From the NCBI GenBank assembly GCA_049523135.1, contig JBEKNE010000001.1, positions 18,095 to 82,094 on the forward strand: a stretch of 64,000 nt of DNA, given 5' to 3'. A program made the translations under genes and the position numbers. A model generated the notes under the pieces. It saw nothing but the letters and a program-made list of their open reading frames with translations, had not been told where the DNA came from and did not search any database. Each line of letters opens with the position of its first letter. Position 1 is the first letter of the stretch. This document shows, piece after piece, positions 58,202 to 64,000 of this stretch. This DNA is from Candidatus Microgenomates bacterium. GTDB lineage: Bacteria > Patescibacteriota > Microgenomatia > UBA8517.

Positions 58202-59731
58202 ATGAATAACAAAAAGGCAATCATATATAAAAGGGTTTCAGACCCAGGACAACTTAGTGGTCTATCCTTAGATGTTCAGGAAGAAATATGCCGAAAGTGG
58301 GCTAAGGAAAATGGTTATGATGTAGTGGATGTTTTTGAAGATGGAGGAAAAACTGGAACTAAAACTGTTGGCAGACAGGGATTGGAAGACTCAGTCAATC
58401 GTTGCAAACAGAAAGATATTGATGCAATCCTAACTATTGATACTGACAGATTTGCCCGTAATGAACTTGACCACTATCTCTTAAAAGATGAACTTAATAA
58501 ACTTGGTACTCAGGTTATTGCAGTCAATCAGCCGATGATTGATGGCTCTCCAGAAGGTATGCTCTTAGAAAATAGCTTGATTGGCTTAAATGCTTTTTAT
58601 AGTCGCCTTATTGGAAGAAAAGTAAGAAAAAGTTTGGAAAAGAAATGGAACGATGGAGTTTATCCATCATGGGCTCCTTTGGGATATAAAAACGTCAATA
58701 TTGGAACGAAAGATAAGCCCAATCGAGTTATCAGAAAAGACCCTAAAATAGGCCCACTTATTACTGAACTCTTTAAACTTTATTCGACAGGAAGTTACAC
58801 ATACTTCAAACTTTGTGAGGAAATGCAAACAAGAGGTCTTCTGGCAAGGGGTGGAAAGATGCTTTGTGATAGTAGCGTCCAACAAATCATTTCCAACACC
58901 TTCTATTATGGATGGATGAAGTGGTCAGGAAAGGAAAAGATGGGAAAACATAAGCCTTTAATTTCCAAAGACTTATTTGACCAATGCCAATTTGTGGCGG
59001 CAAAGCACAGACAGTTCTTAACAAGGGAAAGGAAACACGACTTCTTATTAAGAGGGATTGCATATTGCCCAGTTCATAATTCAAGGCTAACTGCTGAATG
59101 GCATTATTACCATAATGACAAATTTAAGAAACCTAAAATTGGTTATTATCACTGCTACGCTCAAGGTGGATGTCCAACTTCATTTATTGAGGTGCCCAAG
59201 CTCGAGAGAAAGGTATCAAACCTCCTCAAAAACTATCAATTTAGTGAAAAGTTTATAGATTTAGTTGTGCAAAAGGCTAAAGATAATCTAAACGAAAGCA
59301 GAAAAAGCCTCAAGTTTAAAAGGCAGGGAATCATAAATAAACGCAGGGCCGTCGAAAAAAGCAGAAATAACCTTGAAGATTTGTTGACTGACAAAACGAT
59401 TGATAGAGATGTTTATTCAAGACAACATTCAAAGCTTGAGGCAGAGATTTTGGATTATGACAACCAACTATCCAAACTTGATAGTCAACAAAGCGTTGAC
59501 GTAGGCCTGATTGAAGAGGTGCTGTTCTTTAGTAGAAACATTTATAAAACTTATATGGAAGCTCCTACCTACCTCAAGAAGCATTACCTCAGATTCTTTT
59601 TTGAAACTATATATGTCAAAAATAAGCAGATTTCCAAAGTCGTTGAAACGCCCATTTTTGCAGCCTTGCGTAGGCAGAACTACATTATAATAAAGTTAGC
59701 TTTGCTCCGGCGACAGGATTCGAACCTGTAA
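58202..59731 (+). CDS. large serine recombinase (integrase)
   Basis: YKRVS catalytic Ser, SL..Q, DRFARN, APLGY, H.PLIS, CxxH/CxxxxC Zn ribbon, coiled coil; last codons antisense to tRNA-Asn. Confidence 0.95.
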   Translation: MNNKKAIIYKRVSDPGQLSGLSLDVQEEICRKWAKENGYDVVDVFEDGGKTGTKTVGRQGLEDSVNRCKQKDIDAILTIDTDRFARNELDHYLLKDELNKLGTQVIAVNQPMIDGSPEGMLLENSLIGLNAFYSRLIGRKVRKSLEKKWNDGVYPSWAPLGYKNVNIGTKDKPNRVIRKDPKIGPLITELFKLYSTGSYTYFKLCEEMQTRGLLARGGKMLCDSSVQQIISNTFYYGWMKWSGKEKMGKHKPLISKDLFDQCQFVAAKHRQFLTRERKHDFLLRGIAYCPVHNSRLTAEWHYYHNDKFKKPKIGYYHCYAQGGCPTSFIEVPKLERKVSNLLKNYQFSEKFIDLVVQKAKDNLNESRKSLKFKRQGIINKRRAVEKSRNNLEDLLTDKTIDRDVYSRQHSKLEAEILDYDNQLSKLDSQQSVDVGLIEEVLFFSRNIYKTYMEAPTYLKKHYLRFFFETIYVKNKQISKVVETPIFAALRRQNYIIIKLALLRRQDSNL

Positions 59732-59776
59732 TCATCTCCTTAACAGGGAGCCGCGATACCGTTTCGCCACGCCGGA
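59705..59776 (-). tRNA. tRNA-Asn(GUU)
   Basis: TCCGGCG/CGCCGGA acceptor, G discriminator, loop CTGTTAA, ACAGG-TTCGAAT-CCTGT T arm. Confidence 0.94.
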
Positions 59777-59846
59777 ATAAAATACTTACGAGGCTAATTA
59801 TAGCATTTATATTTGCATTGCCAAAGACATGAGTTATAATCTTGTC

Positions 59847-61022
59847 ATGGCCACAACCGATTGGGCAGTAAAACAAATTGAAGAGCTCAAGGGGCAACAC
59901 CTCTATAATAATATTCTGGTTTTGGAAAGTGCAGTTGGGCCGGAGGTAAAAATAAACGGAAAAAAGCTTCTGAATTTCTGCTCAAATAACTACTTAGGAT
60001 TGGCTAATAATCCTGAAATGAAAAAGGCGGCTATTGAAGCCATTAAAAAATACGGAATTGGCCCCGCGGCCGTAAGAACCATTGCCGGAACAACCGTTCT
60101 TCATAAAGAACTTGAGGCGGTTCTTGCCAAGTTTAAAAAAGCCCCGGCAGTTATCACCTTCCAAAGCGGATTTTCAGCAAATATTGCAGTTATTCCAGCA
60201 CTAGTCGGTGAGGGAGATTTAATTTTTTCCGATGAATTGAATCATGCCAGCATTATTGATGGCTGCAGGCTAAGTAGGGCCACTGTTATCAGATATGCTC
60301 ACACCGATCCTAAAGATTTGGAGGAAAAACTTAAAGCCGCCGATTCGAAAGTCAAAAGATTGGTAATTACTGATGGAGTTTTTTCAATGGACGGCGATAT
60401 TGCTCCGCTTGATAAAATTTATGCGGTTTCAAGCAAATACGGTGCAATGCTTATGGTTGACGACGCTCACGGAGAAGGAGTATTGGGAGAAAATGGCCGT
60501 GGAATTGTTGACCACTTTAAACTCCACGGAAAAGTTGATGTTGAGGTTGGAACCATGAGTAAGGCTTTTGGAGTTGTAGGCGGAATGGCCGCAGGAAAGA
60601 CTGAAATAATTGAGTGGCTATCACAACGGGGCAGGCCATTTCTTTTTAGTTCCGCTATGACAATTCCGGATGTTGCAGCCTGTATAGCCGCCGTAAAACT
60701 TCTGGAAAAGTCAGACAGTTTGGTTGAAAAACTCTGGAAAAATGCAGACTACTTGCGAACCGGACTTAAAAAATTAGGCTTTGATACAGGCACTTCCATC
60801 TCCCCTATTATTCCTTTGATGCTCGGAGATGCAAAGCTGGCACAAGATATGAGCAAGGAACTTTTTAACGAAGGTCTTTTTGCAAAAGCAATTGCCTATC
60901 CAACAGTTCCCCAAGGTAAAGCCAGAATCAGAATTATGAATTCGGCAGGCCATTCAAAAGAACAACTTGATAAAGCTCTTAAAATCTTTGAAAAAGTTGG
61001 TAAAAAACTAAACATAATATAA
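59847..61022 (+). CDS. kbl: glycine C-acetyltransferase (2-amino-3-ketobutyrate CoA ligase)
   Basis: [45 protein letters not shown]; adjacent to tdh. Confidence 0.9.
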   Translation: MATTDWAVKQIEELKGQHLYNNILVLESAVGPEVKINGKKLLNFCSNNYLGLANNPEMKKAAIEAIKKYGIGPAAVRTIAGTTVLHKELEAVLAKFKKAPAVITFQSGFSANIAVIPALVGEGDLIFSDELNHASIIDGCRLSRATVIRYAHTDPKDLEEKLKAADSKVKRLVITDGVFSMDGDIAPLDKIYAVSSKYGAMLMVDDAHGEGVLGENGRGIVDHFKLHGKVDVEVGTMSKAFGVVGGMAAGKTEIIEWLSQRGRPFLFSSAMTIPDVAACIAAVKLLEKSDSLVEKLWKNADYLRTGLKKLGFDTGTSISPIIPLMLGDAKLAQDMSKELFNEGLFAKAIAYPTVPQGKARIRIMNSAGHSKEQLDKALKIFEKVGKKLNII

Positions 61023-62038
61023 TGCTTCAGGCTCTTGTTACAGGAATTTCGGGAGAGGTCGGACATGGTCTTATCAAGGCCTTATCTGCCTCCGAAGAGT
61101 TTGAAGTTTCGGCAGCCGATATTAAAAACCCGGATGAGGCAATTTCCGGAAATTTGAAGAACTTTTTTGAATGCGACGTTTCGGATTCCAACGCCGTAAA
61201 CAAGATTTTTGAGAAAGAAAATTTTGATATTATCTTTCATTTGGCCTCAATCCTTTCAACAGGAGGTGAAAAATCCCCGGAAAAAGCCATTGACGTAAAC
61301 ATTAAAGGAATCATAAATTTGCTTGAGGCGGCTACTAGTACAGCAATAAGATGCAAAAAATCCGCCAAGTTTATTTTTCCCAGTTCGATTGCAGCCTATG
61401 GTTTACCGTCTTTAGAAGAAAAATCAAAAAATAAAAGAGTTACTGAAGAACAATTCTTAAACCCAATAACAATTTACGGCATTTCCAAGCTCAATGGTGA
61501 AAAACTCGGCAGATATTTTTCCGAAAACTATATGCTGCTATCCGATCTGGACAGGAAAAATTTAATCGATTTCAGATGCGTAAGGTTTCCAGGACTTCTC
61601 TCCCCTGATACCGTTCCTTCAGGAGGAACCAGCGATTACGGATCCGAAATGATTCATGCCGCAGCCCAAGGACAAAGTTATGAATGCTTTGTAAGACCGG
61701 ATACAACAATTCCATTTATGGCAATGGCGGATGCCGCTGGGGCACTTCTGAGCCTTAGCAATACCTCAAAGACAAGTTTAACAACACGGATTTATAATGT
61801 CGCGGGGTTTAGCGTCTCGGCAAAAGAAATTGAAAATGAAGTTAAAAAGTTTTTCCCTAATTTTAAAGTCAGTTACAAAATTAATGAGGCCAGACAAAGG
61901 ATTGTTGACTCGTGGCCCATGGATATTGACGACTCCCTAGCGCAAAAGAATTGGGGCTGGAAGAAAAAATATGATTTCGAAAAGACTTTCTCCGAATATC
62001 TCGTTCCAAAAATTAAGGAGAGATATCAGTCCAAATAA
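61022..62038 (+). CDS. L-threonine 3-dehydrogenase, SDR/epimerase type
   Basis: [44 protein letters not shown]. Confidence 0.85.
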   Translation: MLQALVTGISGEVGHGLIKALSASEEFEVSAADIKNPDEAISGNLKNFFECDVSDSNAVNKIFEKENFDIIFHLASILSTGGEKSPEKAIDVNIKGIINLLEAATSTAIRCKKSAKFIFPSSIAAYGLPSLEEKSKNKRVTEEQFLNPITIYGISKLNGEKLGRYFSENYMLLSDLDRKNLIDFRCVRFPGLLSPDTVPSGGTSDYGSEMIHAAAQGQSYECFVRPDTTIPFMAMADAAGALLSLSNTSKTSLTTRIYNVAGFSVSAKEIENEVKKFFPNFKVSYKINEARQRIVDSWPMDIDDSLAQKNWGWKKKYDFEKTFSEYLVPKIKERYQSK

Positions 62039-63105
62039 TCCTGAAGTTTCTTTCTACGGCTTGGGTGTTTTAGTTTTCTGAGTGCTTTTGCTTCAATTTG
62101 ACGAATACGCTCACGGGTCACTCCAAATACCTTTCCAACTTCTTCAAGAGTCATCGCCTTGGTTCCTTCCAAACCAAATCTAAGCTTAAGAACTTTTGCT
62201 TCCCTTTCGGATAGTGTTCCCAAAACTTCTTCCAAATGATCTTTAAGCAGTTGCTTACTTGCCTGATCAACCGGCGAAAGTGTTGTTTCATCAGGAATGA
62301 AATCTCCCAAGAAACTTTCCTGATCCTCTCCGACAGGAGCTTCCAGAGAAGTGGTTTCCTGGGCAATTTTAAATATTTCTCTAATCCTATCTCCATCCAT
62401 TTCAAGTTCTTCTCCAATCTCTTCGGGGGTTGGCTCGCGTCCAAGTTCCTGCATAAGCCGCCTGCTGGTTCGATAAATTTTGTTAATTGTCTCAACCATA
62501 TGAACCGGAATTCTAATGGTTCTAGCCTGATCGGCAATCGCACGGGTAATCGCCTGCCTGATCCACCAGGTTGCATACGTAGAAAACTTATAACCCTTTC
62601 TCCAATCATACTTTTCAACCGCACGAATAAGTCCTTGATTTCCCTCCTGAATAAGATCAAGGAGAGAAAGACCCCTGCCGATATATTTCTTGGCGATTGA
62701 AACGACAAGTCTGAGGTTACTTTCCGTTAGTTTATCTTTTGCCCGCTTGTCTGCCTTTTCATATCTTTTGGCAAGCTCGACTTCATCCTCAGCCAAAAGA
62801 AGGGGAACTCTTCCGATCTCCCTTAAATATTGCCTGACAGGATCTGTTGATTCAATTCCTTCAAGTTTTGTAAGAAGTTCTATCTCGCGGTCAAGTTTTT
62901 CTTTGGCTTTTTCATCCGTCTCAATTTCCCCCGGAGTTACAGACTCAAAAACATCAATTCCTTCAGCAAGAAGTTTTTCATATAAATCATCAAGTTCAGG
63001 GACTCTTTCTTCCGCATCAGGAAATACCTCCATTATTTCCTCTTGTGTCAGGAACCCTTGATCACGACCTTTTTTAATTAAATCGAGTACTGGTTTTCGT
63101 ATCAT
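62026..63105 (-). CDS. rpoD: RNA polymerase primary sigma factor
   Basis: [55 protein letters not shown]. Confidence 0.97.
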   Translation of the reverse strand: MIRKPVLDLIKKGRDQGFLTQEEIMEVFPDAEERVPELDDLYEKLLAEGIDVFESVTPGEIETDEKAKEKLDREIELLTKLEGIESTDPVRQYLREIGRVPLLLAEDEVELAKRYEKADKRAKDKLTESNLRLVVSIAKKYIGRGLSLLDLIQEGNQGLIRAVEKYDWRKGYKFSTYATWWIRQAITRAIADQARTIRIPVHMVETINKIYRTSRRLMQELGREPTPEEIGEELEMDGDRIREIFKIAQETTSLEAPVGEDQESFLGDFIPDETTLSPVDQASKQLLKDHLEEVLGTLSEREAKVLKLRFGLEGTKAMTLEEVGKVFGVTRERIRQIEAKALRKLKHPSRRKKLQDYLD

Positions 63106-64000
63106 TGTTCATTGAGTATCACACCACTACCGTTTTCCTCTTCGTAACCGGAAAGTGATTTGGCGAGTTTATTAAATTCATTTTGAGCTTTAAGTAGCTT
63201 ATCTTTATCGCCTTTTTCTTCCGTATCCCGCATTTGAGAGGCTAAAACCTTTAACCTTTCTTTTACAGTATGTATTTTAAGCTCTTTTTTGACTAAATCC
63301 AACTCCCTCTTAAGTTCATCGGGATTTTCCATTAAATCCTGGTTGTCGGTAAGAACCATTTCGGAAAATGCCTGAAAAAGTTCAGCCGGCAATTTACTCC
63401 CAAACTCGGTTACGTTAAACGCCTTATCGGTAGGATATTTTGTATATTCTTCAACTAGCCTTTTATATATTGGGAGTGAAATAAGTCCGGCAGACTCTTT
63501 TGAAAGAAGATTCTTCGGATCGGACTGAAAAACCAAGGCTAAATATCTTTCTTCCAAAAGATCTCTTTTGTTTTTTTCATGCACTTCTTCCGGAATTTCA
63601 GTGGATTTGGCGGTAAGAACTTCAGCTGATTTTCCGATTTCTTCGGTAACCGCCTCCAGAGGTACCCCAAGCCTCCCCGCCACAATATTTGCGTAGTGCG
63701 ACTGAACAATCTTGTCACTTATTTCTCTAAGGATCGGAATAATTTCTTTAGAAATCTTTGACTTTCCGGCACCACTCTCTGAATTAACCCGCGCAAAAAC
63801 AGAGTCAATAAAGAAATCGTAAATTCCCTCTGCTGCAATTAAGTCTTTTTTATAGCTTTCCAGGTTTCCGCGAGCAGCATCATCAGGATCTTTATATCCA
63901 CTTATTTTTGCGACTTTTACTTCTACCCCAAGATCGCTGGCAATTTTAATTCCGCGCCTGTCTGCTGCATCCCCTGCCACATCACTATCGAGTGCCAAAA
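63102..64000 (-). CDS. dnaG: DNA primase, C-terminal part (5' end outside window)
   Basis: [14 protein letters not shown]...KDPDD; directly upstream of rpoD. Confidence 0.9.
   Translation of the reverse strand, partial: LALDSDVAGDAADRRGIKIASDLGVEVKVAKISGYKDPDDAARGNLESYKKDLIAAEGIYDFFIDSVFARVNSESGAGKSKISKEIIPILREISDKIVQSHYANIVAGRLGVPLEAVTEEIGKSAEVLTAKSTEIPEEVHEKNKRDLLEERYLALVFQSDPKNLLSKESAGLISLPIYKRLVEEYTKYPTDKAFNVTEFGSKLPAELFQAFSEMVLTDNQDLMENPDELKRELDLVKKELKIHTVKERLKVLASQMRDTEEKGDKDKLLKAQNEFNKLAKSLSGYEEENGSGVILNEQ

Larger units (their letters stand above)
49597..59731. mobile_element. accessory island at the tRNA-Asn 3' end with serine recombinase and tandem att-like remnants
   Basis: Recombinase reads into tRNA-Asn; homologous recombinase tail at 52229-52507; excisionase-like HTH, replication-like and DUF5659-like genes, gene fragments. 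Left boundary uncertain. Confidence 0.7.

Noticed and set aside
1-64000. Alternative genetic code (TGA=Gly as in Gracilibacteria/SR1)
   Set aside because: Conserved genes are full length in code 11 and several end in TGA.

Overview
This is a low-GC, gene-dense bacterial chromosome segment using the standard code (TGA is a stop). Gene content and protein styles suggest a Patescibacteria/CPR organism, most like Microgenomates (inference, no database search). From 1 to 49.5 kb it is mostly housekeeping: gdhA, DNA repair (mpg, ATP-dependent ligase, recF, mutM, stand-alone 5'-3' exonuclease), ftsH, trpS, an nrdR-nrdJ-pduO B12-dependent ribonucleotide reductase operon, two class A PBPs, a glycolysis/pentose-phosphate cluster, a riboswitch-led B12 uptake pair and efp-epmA. 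A tRNA neighbourhood at 15.4-18.0 kb holds tRNA-Met(CAU) overlapped by an HTH/LAGLIDADG-like ORF, an atypical initiator-type tRNA(CAU) interrupted by a 198-nt group I intron, and tRNA-Ile(UAU). From about 49.5 to 59.78 kb is an accessory island ending at tRNA-Asn. Its large serine recombinase reads into the tRNA 3' end. One clear and two weaker att-like recombinase-tail motifs lie upstream in the same orientation and divide the cargo into cassette-like units. The element also carries several strongly structured non-coding segments. The window ends with kbl, tdh, rpoD and partial dnaG.
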